Counted from the first letter of the stretch, positions 15,325 to 24,807 are shown. The stretch is 32,000 nt of DNA from Candidatus Electrothrix yaqonensis (GCA_047651235.1 CP178758.1:3300001-3332000), one strand, 5' to 3'. The notes: generated by a model from the sequence alone, not told the origin. Numbers and translations: made by a program.

Positions 15325-16524
15325 ATGCCCGGTTTTGAAGTATTCGGAGAAGAGGAAAAACAGCAGGCCTTGGAAGTCTTTGACACCGGTGTCCTGTTTC
15401 GTTACGAGTTCGGTGCCCAGCGCAACGGCGTGTACAAGGTGCGCGAATTTGAGCAGGCCTTTGCAAAATACACCGGGGCTGCTCATGCCCAGGCCGTGAC
15501 CTCCGGCACTGCGGCGCTTAAGGTTGCCCTGGCTGCGCTCGGCGTCGGACAGGGCGACGAGGTCATCACCCAGGGCTTTACCTTTGTCGCCACCTGGGAG
15601 GCGATCTTTGATGTCGGGGCAGTGCCCGTGTTCACTGAGATCGATCAGACCCTGAATATGGACCCGGCTGATCTGGAGCAGAAAATCACCTCGAAAACAC
15701 GGGCTATTATCCCGGTGCACATGTTGGGTGCTCCGGCCCGGATCGTGGAGATTAAGGCTATTGCTGACAAGTACGGCATTCCGGTTCTGGAAGATACAGC
15801 CCAGGCGGCTGGCGCCCGGCTTGTTGGCCAGCATCTCGGTACCTTCGGCCATTTCGGCACCTTTTCCTTTGATTCAGTCAAGACCATGACCACGGGCGAG
15901 GGCGGCATGGTCATTACCAACGAGGAAGAGCTGTGGCGCAACTGTTCCGAGTACCACGATCACGGCCATGACCATGTGGTCAATCCCGGCGGGCGCGGTG
16001 GAGAAGGTCGGCGCTTTATCGGCTTCAATTATCGGATGATGGAACTGCAGGGCGCCATCGGCCTGGCGCAGCTGGCCAAACTGGACAGCATGATCGCTTC
16101 CCAGCAGAAGCACAAGGCCATTCTCAAAGAGGCAGCCGCAAAAATCGCCGGGGTCAGCTTCCGGGAGATCCTCGATGAACAGGGCGACTCAGCCACCTTT
16201 TTTGCTTTTATGCTGCCGGATAAGGAGCAGGCTGCCAAGGTCAATCAGGTGCTGCGGGACAATAAGGCCGGAGCCATCAACTTCGGGGAAAATACCTGGC
16301 ATTTTTATCCCTCTTGGGAACACCTGCTGGGCGGCAAGACGCTGTGCCGGAACGGCTGGCCTTTTAATGCCCACAACAAACGCCGGGTTATTTATGATCC
16401 GGAAGCCCTGCCCGCCTCGGTTGAGCTGATGAATCGCACCCTGGTCTATCAGGTGCCGGTCAACCTGAGCGACCAGCAGCGGGATACCATGTTGGCGGCC
16501 TTGGGCAAGGCTGCAGCTCTTTAA
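15325..16524 (+). CDS. DegT/DnrJ/EryC1/StrS-family PLP-dependent (sugar) aminotransferase
   Basis: SGTAALKVALAALGVGQGDEVITQGFTFVATWEAI, DTAQAAG, and the PLP-lysine context SFDSVKTMTTGEGG followed by HDHGHDH. The N-terminus MPGFEVFGEEEK resembles Kdo8N-pathway KdnA-type enzymes as I remember them; that sub-call has low confidence. The SD is GAGGAA. Confidence 0.88.
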   Translation: MPGFEVFGEEEKQQALEVFDTGVLFRYEFGAQRNGVYKVREFEQAFAKYTGAAHAQAVTSGTAALKVALAALGVGQGDEVITQGFTFVATWEAIFDVGAVPVFTEIDQTLNMDPADLEQKITSKTRAIIPVHMLGAPARIVEIKAIADKYGIPVLEDTAQAAGARLVGQHLGTFGHFGTFSFDSVKTMTTGEGGMVITNEEELWRNCSEYHDHGHDHVVNPGGRGGEGRRFIGFNYRMMELQGAIGLAQLAKLDSMIASQQKHKAILKEAAAKIAGVSFREILDEQGDSATFFAFMLPDKEQAAKVNQVLRDNKAGAINFGENTWHFYPSWEHLLGGKTLCRNGWPFNAHNKRRVIYDPEALPASVELMNRTLVYQVPVNLSDQQRDTMLAALGKAAAL

Positions 16525-16540
16525 AATATCTCGACTCCTT

Positions 16541-17794
16541 ATGTCGGATTCCGTCAGGGTGATTGCCCGAAAATTTTGCGGTTTCGGTAGGGACATGGCG
16601 CACCGTGTCCCTCCTTATGCGGAGAAGGGCGTTCTCCTTTTTTGCGGCCTCTGCCTCCTTGCCGTATCAGCTGCTGCCGGTTCTGCCTCCGATAAAGACA
16701 TCAGGAAATTCTGTGCTCCCGGGAGCGGGCAGCAGAAACAGCCCCTGTACCTCTTCCTCACCTCCGATATCAACTCCCAGCAGTCCGTTTTTGCGAGAAA
16801 TACAACCCTGCAGAACGGGCAGATACTCTTCAGCAGGAAGGCAGGAGACAGCCTTTTTCATACTGCACAAATAGCACCGGGTGATTGTGTGCTGGTGAAT
16901 ACCCAGGAAACTCTCCGGCTTGAGGCTGTTGAGGTTTCCTCTGAACAGGGTGATTCCGGTCTGCAGCGGAGGCCGCAGCAGACAACCTTTCTGCCTGCGG
17001 TCTTTTTTGTCCGGAAAAATTCATCAAAACACTACGGCCTGATTGAGGAAAAGGTGCTGCTCCGCCTGACTCTGTCCGCAATGGATCGGGAGACCGCGAC
17101 AGAGGACATTCTTAACTATGCTGCAGACAGGGATCTTGTCCTGCTGTATATCACCTGTCCGGCGGACCGCAACGACCTCTGTGACCTTACCATTAAGCAG
17201 AATGGCGCTTGGCTGATTGACAGGAAAACAGGTCGGAAGTTCAGCATGAAGGTGCTGGCCCGCGCCCGAAAAAACGGATCAGGCAGCAGCCGGAGAATCA
17301 GCATCAACAGTGATACGCCCCAGGGAATCTATACCGTCTGGGGCACGGTGACGGGCGGCGGAGCCGGGCAGTGGTCCCGGACAGCACGCATTGACCTTGA
17401 TGCGGCCCTGCCTCCGATCAACGCGCAGCCGTACACCATCAACTCGTTTCTGCTTTCCCGCATCATCCCGGACAAGGCCCTGGATGACTACTGGGTCAAT
17501 GAATGGCCCCTGGCCTATAGCCTCGGCCGTATTGCTCTGCGTATCGCTCCCGGTGATTTTGAGGTACAGCAGGCGAACACAAACCGGCTTGCTTTTGACA
17601 GCATACCGTACAACCCGACGCACGGCTGTATCAACACCGGTGATCAGCAGAACAGGCTGCTGCAGGCTCTTGTCCGGGCCGGGGGCTTTGCCGAAGATGA
17701 TGTTTCTGGTTATACAGGAGGAACCGGACAGAAAAAATGGTCTGTTGCGCCGAAATTGGGTAAGGTATTTGTGATCCTGAAGGATCGGGACTGA
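16541..17794 (+). CDS. Predicted secreted protein with a C-terminal L,D-transpeptidase(YkuD)-like Cys motif
   Basis: An alternative start at 16595 gives a signal-peptide-like N-terminus (MAHRVPPYAEKGVLLFCGLCLLAVSAAAGSASD). The C-terminal part contains TPQGIYTVWG and NPTHGCINTGDQQNRLL, resembling the TPxGxY and (S/T)HGC(I/V) motifs of YkuD domains. I cannot locate the usual upstream catalytic His. Confidence 0.7.
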   Translation: MSDSVRVIARKFCGFGRDMAHRVPPYAEKGVLLFCGLCLLAVSAAAGSASDKDIRKFCAPGSGQQKQPLYLFLTSDINSQQSVFARNTTLQNGQILFSRKAGDSLFHTAQIAPGDCVLVNTQETLRLEAVEVSSEQGDSGLQRRPQQTTFLPAVFFVRKNSSKHYGLIEEKVLLRLTLSAMDRETATEDILNYAADRDLVLLYITCPADRNDLCDLTIKQNGAWLIDRKTGRKFSMKVLARARKNGSGSSRRISINSDTPQGIYTVWGTVTGGGAGQWSRTARIDLDAALPPINAQPYTINSFLLSRIIPDKALDDYWVNEWPLAYSLGRIALRIAPGDFEVQQANTNRLAFDSIPYNPTHGCINTGDQQNRLLQALVRAGGFAEDDVSGYTGGTGQKKWSVAPKLGKVFVILKDRD

Positions 17795-17819
17795 TTTTTC
17801 CGCCTCAGGGAGACAGGAA

Positions 17820-18428
17820 ATGAACAGAGTACAGACTTTTACCGGCGCAAATACGGGCTTTTTTCTGCATCTGCCTGACTGGGCACTTGAGGCCCTGAAC
17901 AGGCTGCCGGAATATCTGCCGAACGATGAAGAACGGATGGCTGCGGTGCTCGAATTCGCCCGGCTGAACTTCCGGCAGCAGACCGGCGGTCCCTTTGCTG
18001 CTGGTCTCTTTGAGCAGGACACCGGCAGATGCATCGTGATCGGGGTGAATCGGGTTATGCCGTCCTGCTGTTCTTCGGCCCATGCCGAGATCATGGCCAT
18101 ATCCTTGGCCCAGCACCTGTTGGGTACCTATGATCTGGGTGCGGCAGGGCTTCCTGCCCATCAGCTTGTTGTGAGCTGGCGGCCCTGTGCCATGTGTTTC
18201 GGGGCGGTGCTGTGGTCAGGGGTTCGTTCTCTGATGATTGCCGGGGCAGGTCCGGAAGTGGAAGACATTACCGGTTTTGATGAAGGGCCGATCCATCCGG
18301 AATGGCGGCAGGAGCTGACCCGGCGCGGCATTGCCTTTAAGGAAGATGTTCTGCGGGAAGAGGCTGTTGAGGTGTTTAGAGAGTTTGCAGCCAAGGGCGG
18401 GTTTGTCTATAACGCACGATTGGGTTGA
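17820..18428 (+). CDS. Cytidine/deoxycytidylate (CDA-fold) zinc deaminase family protein
   Basis: The zinc and catalytic signature is HAEIMAI ... PCAMCFGAV (HAE / PCxxC). The SD is GGGAGA. Confidence 0.8.
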   Translation: MNRVQTFTGANTGFFLHLPDWALEALNRLPEYLPNDEERMAAVLEFARLNFRQQTGGPFAAGLFEQDTGRCIVIGVNRVMPSCCSSAHAEIMAISLAQHLLGTYDLGAAGLPAHQLVVSWRPCAMCFGAVLWSGVRSLMIAGAGPEVEDITGFDEGPIHPEWRQELTRRGIAFKEDVLREEAVEVFREFAAKGGFVYNARLG

Positions 18429-18487
18429 CCTCATGTGGCAAATCCGGACAGCCAATGCATAAGAAAACGAAAAGAACAAAAAAAACT

Positions 18488-20836
18488 ATGGAGCTTCTTG
18501 CCCCGGCAGGGAGTTTCCCTGACTTTGAAGCAGCCTTGGAAGCCGGGGCCGATGCGATATACGTGGGTGCGCCCGGTTTCAACGCCCGCGCCCTGAGCCG
18601 GGACTTCACCTTTACCGAGATCGGCTCCATGATCCGGCAGGCGCATCAGCTGGGCGTGAAGCTGTATATCGCCATGAACAGCCTGATCAAGGAAGCGGAA
18701 CTACCTGCTGCCCTAGAGGCTCTGTCCTGTTTTGAGAAACTGCGGCCGGATGCCCTGATCATCCAGGATCTCGGTCTGCTGTATCTTGCCCAGACCTGGT
18801 TTCCCGGCCTGTCCCTGCACGCCTCCACCCTGATGTCAGTGCACAACTCCCTGACAGCGGCAGAGCTCACGCGGCTGGGGTGTACGCGGGTCGTGCTTGC
18901 CCGCGAGCTAACCCTTGACGAGATCGGGGCAATACATCGGAAAACCGAAGCCGAGCTGGAAGTCTTTATCCACGGAGCCATGTGCTTCAGTTATTCCGGG
19001 CTCTGCCTGTTTTCCAGTCTGCACGGCGGCAAATCCAGTCTGCGCGGCCAGTGCGTCCAGCCCTGCCGACGCCTTTATTCCTGGCAGCAGGCCGGGAAAA
19101 AGGGCAGATCGGGGATAAGGCAGGGGCAGGAGGTCAGAGGCCGGGGAGCAGGCAGAAAGGGCGGAGCGGCAGATCGAAAAGGGGGAAAAGGAAACAGACG
19201 CGGCAGCGCGGACAGCGGCTATCTTTTTTCCATGAATGATCTCTGCGGCCTGGATATGCTGCCTGCCCTGCAGCGGGCCGGGGTTGCCTGTCTGAAGATC
19301 GAAGGGCGGCTGAAAAGTGCGCACTATGTGGCCAACACGGTATCTGCCTATCGGATAGCCCTAGATTGTCTTGATGAACCGGATGCTGTGCAGCAGGAAG
19401 TTCTGCAGCAGGCCCATATCCTGCTGGATGAGGCAATGGGCAGAAAACGCTCCGGCGGCTATTTTCTGTCAGCACAACCCGGAGGGGCCATAACGCCTGA
19501 GCAGTCCGGCACCAGCGGCAGGCTGCTCGGCCGAATTCAAGGGATTCAGCAGAGCCGGACACGGGACGGGAAGAATAGGCTGACCCTCCAGCTGACCCTG
19601 TCCGCCCAGATTAGTGAGGGCGACCGCCTCCGCCTGCATGACGAGACCGGTGGCAGCCGATTGAGTTTCACCCTGCGCTCTCTCCAGGTGGGAGGACGCA
19701 GGCAGAAGACCGCTCGGGCCGGTGAGCGGGTAAGCCTTGCCCTGTTTGCTGACCGGGATGAGCAGCTGCACCGGCAGTTCCGGGGTACCCTGTACAAGGT
19801 GGACGTAGGGGGCCGCGTTACAGCGGAACGGAGCGGACGTAAATGGCAGAAAAAACTGTCTGCCCGCAAGGTAGTACCGGACAGAAAAAAAGTTGCGGAA
19901 ATCCTTGCCTGGCAGAAAAATGCGGTGGACGGCAGACCCTCCAGCGGAAAAATCAGGCGCAGAGATGTCGGCAGAGAGCCATCCTGGTGGGTGGCTGTGG
20001 CAGGCATCGCTGATCTCCGGCAGCGGCTGCCGGTGCGTCCGGCCCGTTTTCTTCTGCCGCTCAACCGGGAGAATATGGAGCGGCTTGACCGGCAGGCCGG
20101 CAAAATAAAAAAATATCAGTCCCGGATGATCTGGTGTCTGCCTCCTGTTGTCCATGAGGGGGACTTGGCCTGGTTCGGGCAGCAGATCCGCAGGCTGACC
20201 GAGGCAGGATATTTTCGTTTTTCCCTGGGCCATTGCTGCCAGTACGCTCTATTTTCCGGTCTGTTTTCCGACCTTTTGTCCCCGCTGCCGGAGGAACACG
20301 GCCGCCGCAGGATCCGGCTGTACGGAAACTATACCCTGAACCTGCTTAACTCGGCTGCTGTGCAGGCGGCTGCCCGGCTCGGTTATCAGGGCACCCTGTT
20401 TTCCCTTGAAACCGAACGGGAAAACCTGACTGCGGCTCTGCAGCATCTGCAGCACGGATGGCAGCACGGCGGAGAAAAAAAAATGCGCATCGGCGTTTAC
20501 GCTTACGGGCATCCAGCTCTGTTCACGGCCCGGCTGGACAGCAGGCATTTCCGCTACAACCAGCTGGTCGTCAGCCCGAAGAACGAGCTGTTCACTCTGG
20601 AGCACCGGCATGGAATGACAGCAGCCAGAGCAGTGCAGCCCTTTTCCCTGCTGCAGTCCCGCCAGGAGCTGGCAGCAATGGGCGTGGATTTCCTCCTGCT
20701 TAATCTTACTGGCGGCCCGGTCAGCAGAGAGGCGGCAACGGTGAGTGCATTGCTTGCCCGGAAGGGAGTACCGCATTCAGGGTCGGGCAAAGAACCTGCT
20801 CTGCTGCGGGGCAATTTTGACGGCGTTCTGGCCTGA
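18488..20836 (+). CDS. Peptidase U32 family protein, long form with an Arg/Gly-rich insertion and a C-terminal extension
   Basis: The start is chosen at MELLAPAGS, the typical U32 N-terminus; the track start at 18425 adds a basic 21-aa leader that overlaps the deaminase stop. Conserved U32 motifs are EVFIHGAMCFSYSGLCLFSS....RGQCVQPCRRLY and LKIEGRLKSAHYV. Confidence 0.88.
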   Translation: MELLAPAGSFPDFEAALEAGADAIYVGAPGFNARALSRDFTFTEIGSMIRQAHQLGVKLYIAMNSLIKEAELPAALEALSCFEKLRPDALIIQDLGLLYLAQTWFPGLSLHASTLMSVHNSLTAAELTRLGCTRVVLARELTLDEIGAIHRKTEAELEVFIHGAMCFSYSGLCLFSSLHGGKSSLRGQCVQPCRRLYSWQQAGKKGRSGIRQGQEVRGRGAGRKGGAADRKGGKGNRRGSADSGYLFSMNDLCGLDMLPALQRAGVACLKIEGRLKSAHYVANTVSAYRIALDCLDEPDAVQQEVLQQAHILLDEAMGRKRSGGYFLSAQPGGAITPEQSGTSGRLLGRIQGIQQSRTRDGKNRLTLQLTLSAQISEGDRLRLHDETGGSRLSFTLRSLQVGGRRQKTARAGERVSLALFADRDEQLHRQFRGTLYKVDVGGRVTAERSGRKWQKKLSARKVVPDRKKVAEILAWQKNAVDGRPSSGKIRRRDVGREPSWWVAVAGIADLRQRLPVRPARFLLPLNRENMERLDRQAGKIKKYQSRMIWCLPPVVHEGDLAWFGQQIRRLTEAGYFRFSLGHCCQYALFSGLFSDLLSPLPEEHGRRRIRLYGNYTLNLLNSAAVQAAARLGYQGTLFSLETERENLTAALQHLQHGWQHGGEKKMRIGVYAYGHPALFTARLDSRHFRYNQLVVSPKNELFTLEHRHGMTAARAVQPFSLLQSRQELAAMGVDFLLLNLTGGPVSREAATVSALLARKGVPHSGSGKEPALLRGNFDGVLA

Positions 20837-21155
20837 GGAAGATGCTGCGCAAAAATTGACAGACCGTCTGTGGTATACTCGGCACTGCAGCAATCCAAGA
20901 CGTTGATCCCTGCCTTCTCCCTTCCCAAACGCCCGGATTCCTAGTCCGGGCTGAAACTCCACCTGTTTCTTTTCCGGCTGTTCTGAGGTCAAAGGTGAAA
21001 AAGATTGTCTTTTTATGGTTTGCGCTTTCGGTATTAAATGGTATAGAAAATCGTATAACTGTTATGTTTTCCGATTAAAGTGCGCTACGGAGAGGCTCTT
21101 CTGATTTACTTGGCTTTATTCATTTTTTCTTAATTGTTTCCGCATATCATCCCCA

Positions 21156-22559
21156 ATGAATTCACCTGACGTGCTGATCATCGGTGCCGGTCTTTCCGGC
21201 TTGGCTGCGGCCACCTTTCTCAAACATAAACAGCCGGATATTTCTCTGCTGGTTATTGAGGGGCAGGATCACCCCGGCGGCGCTGTCCGCTCCCACATTG
21301 AAGAGGGGTATCTGGCCGAAGCCGGGGCGCACGGTTTTCTCGACAACGTTCTGGAAAGCCGGGTTTTGGTGCATGAGGCCGGGCTGGTCGAAGAGGTGGA
21401 AAAGGCTCCTCTGTCCAAATTTGTCCGCTACATCTGCCTGGACGGTAAACTCAACCTGATTCCACAGAGTCCGGGCAAGGTAATCAAAGCTCCGCTGATT
21501 CCCTGGACTGCCAAACTGCGGGTGCTGGGCGATTTATTCAAGAATCCTCTGCCGGATGAACCGACTGTGGCCGAGTGGGTGCAGACCCGTTTCGGCAAAG
21601 CTCTGCTGCCCTTTGCTGATGCAGTTTTTACCGGGACCTATGCCGGGGATATTGAACGGCTGAGCATTGAAGCGGTTATGCCCGGAGTACGGCAGCTTGA
21701 ACGGGAATACGGGTCCGTCATCCGGGGACAGTTTCTGACCATGCGCCGGAAGCGCAAAGAGAATAAGGGCAGGGAGAAAAAAAAGGGGCTGCCCTCAATG
21801 ATCAGCTTCAAGGCGGGCATGACCCGGCTGCCCCAGGCCATGGCCGCCAGACTGATGCCGAATCAGGAAGTCATGTACCGCACAATGGCTCATTCCATTG
21901 CACAGACCGATACCGGCTGGTTGGTGCGTACCGGCCATCTGGAGCTGCACGCCCGGCATCTGATCATGGCTCTGCCAGTCAACCGCTGCCTGGACCTGTT
22001 CATCAGCAGCGGCCTGCCTGCTCCGCCCATGTCGTCCATCCCGGAAGCCCGCCTTGCCACAGTCGCCCTCGGCTTCACCGAGAAGGCCGATATTCCCTTC
22101 GGGTTTGGCTATCTCGCCCCGGAGCAGGAACAGCGCTTTGCCCTAGGGGCCCTGTTCTCTTCGCACATGTTTCCGGGCAGAGCACCGGACGGGCATGTCC
22201 TACTGGAAGCCTTGGTCGGCGGTCGCAGACATCCAGAACGGCTGGACCTGAGTGATAATGAGCTGATCGATAAGGTCTACGACGATCTGAAACAGCTCAT
22301 TGATTTACCGGAACCGCCGGTTTTCGGCAGGGTGCTGCGCCCGAAATACGGCATTCCCCAGCTGGAAAAAGGCTATCCGGCCCTGCTGGACTGGCGGAAA
22401 AATCTGCATGAAAGTAAAAACAATCTGCATATCTGCGGCTTCGGCTGGCAGGGCATCGGCATCAACGACATGCACAAACAGGCATGGGCTATGGCCAAAC
22501 GCATTCTGGCCGGGTATCAGGAGGAGCAGAAGGAAGATGTGAAGGGGGTATATTTTTGA
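21156..22559 (+). CDS. hemY: Protoporphyrinogen/coproporphyrinogen oxidase (HemY-type FAD amine-oxidase fold)
   Basis: The N-terminal dinucleotide-binding motif is VLIIGAGLSGLAAA...IEGQDHPGGAVRS. Its length (467 aa) and the C-terminal motif HICGFGWQGIGINDMHKQA fit HemY-type oxidases. Confidence 0.8.
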   Translation: MNSPDVLIIGAGLSGLAAATFLKHKQPDISLLVIEGQDHPGGAVRSHIEEGYLAEAGAHGFLDNVLESRVLVHEAGLVEEVEKAPLSKFVRYICLDGKLNLIPQSPGKVIKAPLIPWTAKLRVLGDLFKNPLPDEPTVAEWVQTRFGKALLPFADAVFTGTYAGDIERLSIEAVMPGVRQLEREYGSVIRGQFLTMRRKRKENKGREKKKGLPSMISFKAGMTRLPQAMAARLMPNQEVMYRTMAHSIAQTDTGWLVRTGHLELHARHLIMALPVNRCLDLFISSGLPAPPMSSIPEARLATVALGFTEKADIPFGFGYLAPEQEQRFALGALFSSHMFPGRAPDGHVLLEALVGGRRHPERLDLSDNELIDKVYDDLKQLIDLPEPPVFGRVLRPKYGIPQLEKGYPALLDWRKNLHESKNNLHICGFGWQGIGINDMHKQAWAMAKRILAGYQEEQKEDVKGVYF

Positions 22560-22660
22560 CCGGATTCAACTGGACTTAGCCCTGCTTCTTCATCGTTCCG
22601 CATCAGGTCTGCCTTGCGCCGGGTGCTGCCGTAAAATTTCACTGAAAAATACCATCGCGT

Positions 22661-23257
22661 ATGCATCGAATAAATCTCAGGAAACGTCTGCTTGCTGCAC
22701 GGGATCGGCTGGATGCAGAGCAGCGCCGGAAAAAAAGCAGGTGTATCCACACGCTGCTGCTTGCACAGCCGGAAGTTGTTGCAGCAGAACATCTCTTTGT
22801 TTATGTTCATTTCCGCAGTGAAGTGGAAACAGCAGAGCTGATTGACCAGCTTCTTGCTGCAGGGGAAACTGTGTCCGTACCTGTGACTCTGGTCCGGGAA
22901 TCCCGCCTGCTGGCTGTGCAGATAACGGACCCGGCAACCCAGCTGCACCCGGGCAGTTTTGGCATACCAGAACCGACCGGAGAGCAGATCGGCCGGGCAA
23001 CAGTTGATCCGGCAACCATTGATTTGGTTCTGGTTCCCGGTTCTGTCTTTGATCCTGCAGGAGGGCGCCTCGGGTACGGCGGCGGATTTTACGACCGTTT
23101 TCTGACTCTGGATGCACCGCAGGCCGGACGGATCGGGCTTGCCTATACCCTGCAGATGGTTGATCAGGTGCCTATGGAACCCCATGATCAGCATATGGAT
23201 ATGGTGATGACGGAAGAACGGATATATGAATGCAGAAAACTGCGGGAGGAGAAGTAA
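22661..23257 (+). CDS. 5-formyltetrahydrofolate cyclo-ligase
   Basis: Family motifs are RKRLLAARDRL, GIPEP, DLVLVPGSVFDPAGGRLGYGGGFYDRFL and PHDQHMDMVMTEE. The stop overlaps the next start (TAATG). Confidence 0.85.
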   Translation: MHRINLRKRLLAARDRLDAEQRRKKSRCIHTLLLAQPEVVAAEHLFVYVHFRSEVETAELIDQLLAAGETVSVPVTLVRESRLLAVQITDPATQLHPGSFGIPEPTGEQIGRATVDPATIDLVLVPGSVFDPAGGRLGYGGGFYDRFLTLDAPQAGRIGLAYTLQMVDQVPMEPHDQHMDMVMTEERIYECRKLREEK

Positions 23258-24324
23258 TGCGGAAAACAGCAGTGTACAGAGATGCACTTTTTCTGGAACA
23301 TCAGCCCGGATTCAGTCATCCGGAATCACCGGAACGACTGCGGGTAATTTATGATGCCCTGGATCAGGAAAACATTGCTGAGAAGTTCATTTTTCCCCGG
23401 TTTGATCGGGTCTCCCGGGATGTTCTCTGGCTCAATCATACACCGGCTCTGGTGCAACGAGTTGCAGCCACTCAGGGACAGAGTCACGAATACCTTGACC
23501 CGGATACCCAGACCTCGCCCCGCTCGTATGATGCAGCCTGTCTTGCTGCAGGGGCATTGATCGATGCGCTGACCCGGATAGATCAGGGCGAAATCGACAA
23601 CGCCTTCTGTCTGGTCCGGCCGCCGGGCCATCATGCGGAGCAGGATGAATCCAGGGGCTTCTGTCTGTTCAACAATGTGGCCATCGCGGCCCACTGGGCC
23701 ATGCAGGAACTCGGGCTGCGGCGGATCATGATCCTGGACTGGGATCTGCACCACGGCAACGGCACCCAGCACAGTTTTTACGAGACCGACAAAATCCTCT
23801 ATCTCTCCAGTCACCTGTATCCCTATTATCCGGGAACCGGCGCTGTCCTGGAAACCGGGAAAGGTATCGGGGCCGGGTACACAATCAATATTCCCCTGCC
23901 CGGCGGTGAAGGCGATATGGAATTCGCCCGGCTGTATAATGAACTGGCCGTGCCGCTTGCCCGGCTGTATCAGCCGGAACTGATTCTGGTGTCCTGCGGT
24001 TTTGACGTCTGTCTCGGCGATCCGCTAGGAAGCATGAGGGTGACTCCGGCAGGTTTTGCCTGGATGACCAGAAAGATAGTTAAGGTCGCGGAAGAATTCT
24101 GTGATGGGAAGCTGCTGGTCACCCTGGAAGGTGGGTACGATCTGACGGCCATGCGGGACGGCAGCCTTGCTGTCCTGGCAGAACTCTGCGGTGAAAAGCT
24201 CGACTGCGGCTATCCGGTGAATTTATCTGCCGCCCAGGCAGAGCAGTTTGCCGCTTCCAAGGCTCCCTGTCCTCCTCTGGAGCAGGCCCTGCAGATCAGC
24301 AGGAGTTACTGGCCGCAGCTCTGA
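23257..24324 (+). CDS. Histone deacetylase-family (acetoin utilisation/acetylpolyamine amidohydrolase-like) deacetylase
   Basis: The start is chosen at the ATG at 23257, which follows GGGAGGAG. Motifs are RPPGHHAE, FCLFNNVAIAA, ILDWDLHHGNGTQ and LEGGYDL. Confidence 0.88.
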   Translation: MRKTAVYRDALFLEHQPGFSHPESPERLRVIYDALDQENIAEKFIFPRFDRVSRDVLWLNHTPALVQRVAATQGQSHEYLDPDTQTSPRSYDAACLAAGALIDALTRIDQGEIDNAFCLVRPPGHHAEQDESRGFCLFNNVAIAAHWAMQELGLRRIMILDWDLHHGNGTQHSFYETDKILYLSSHLYPYYPGTGAVLETGKGIGAGYTINIPLPGGEGDMEFARLYNELAVPLARLYQPELILVSCGFDVCLGDPLGSMRVTPAGFAWMTRKIVKVAEEFCDGKLLVTLEGGYDLTAMRDGSLAVLAELCGEKLDCGYPVNLSAAQAEQFAASKAPCPPLEQALQISRSYWPQL

Positions 24325-24329
24325 GTTAT

Positions 24330-24530
24330 TTACTTTTTGCACACCGTCCGGTCGGAAAATATCCGCATATATATCACCACCCCTCTGCCGGATGCAGCTT
24401 TGCTGTCAGTCAGCCGGAGAGAATGTTCCTTGTTTTGTCCCAAGGAGCTGTGGTTATAGACTGCAAAGGCAAACAGAATTGACAAACCGGTTACAATCCG
24501 CAATATACTTTTCATAGAGACTTTCATCAT
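24330..24530 (-). CDS. Small predicted secreted/membrane protein (66 aa)
   Basis: An internal start MMKVSMKSILRIVTGLSILFAFAVYN follows GGGAGAG and gives a signal-peptide-like hydrophobic N-terminus. No homology was recognised. Confidence 0.4.
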   Translation of the reverse strand: MMKVSMKSILRIVTGLSILFAFAVYNHSSLGQNKEHSLRLTDSKAASGRGVVIYMRIFSDRTVCKK

Positions 24531-24615
24531 TTTCTCTCCCTGTTGTTTTGTTTTTTTATCCTCCCCGAATCTGTGTTTCTCCAACGGGGAGGAAAGATAA
24601 TCAGTTATTTTATAG

Positions 24616-24807
24616 CTATTCATCCATCCAGGTACACCGTTCACATCGTTTCTGTTTTTTGGCCTTCATACTTGTTGTATGAATATCTTCTTTAGAAAAA
24701 TCCTTCTTTTTCAGGCGCATATCTCTTCTCAAAGAGAGTACAAAAGAAAACAAAAACAGCAGACCGAACAGAAACAATAGTATTTTATGGGTATCAGATC
24801 TTGTCAT
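24616..24807 (-). CDS. Small single-pass membrane protein (63 aa)
   Basis: A strong SD (AAGGAGGATAGAAAGATG) is present. One hydrophobic helix (ILLFLFGLLFLFSFVLSL) is followed by a Lys/Arg-rich tail ending in CERCTWMDE. Confidence 0.5.
   Translation of the reverse strand: MTRSDTHKILLFLFGLLFLFSFVLSLRRDMRLKKKDFSKEDIHTTSMKAKKQKRCERCTWMDE

Noticed and set aside
17279-18100. 273-aa minus-strand ORF spanning the end of the secreted-protein gene and the deaminase start
   Set aside because: It overlaps two well-supported plus-strand genes, has a Arg/Ser/Pro-rich composition and shows no motifs.
22517-23287. 256-aa minus-strand ORF
   Set aside because: It is antisense to the 5-formyl-THF cyclo-ligase gene, which has clear family motifs. 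The product is Cys/Arg/Phe-rich nonsense.
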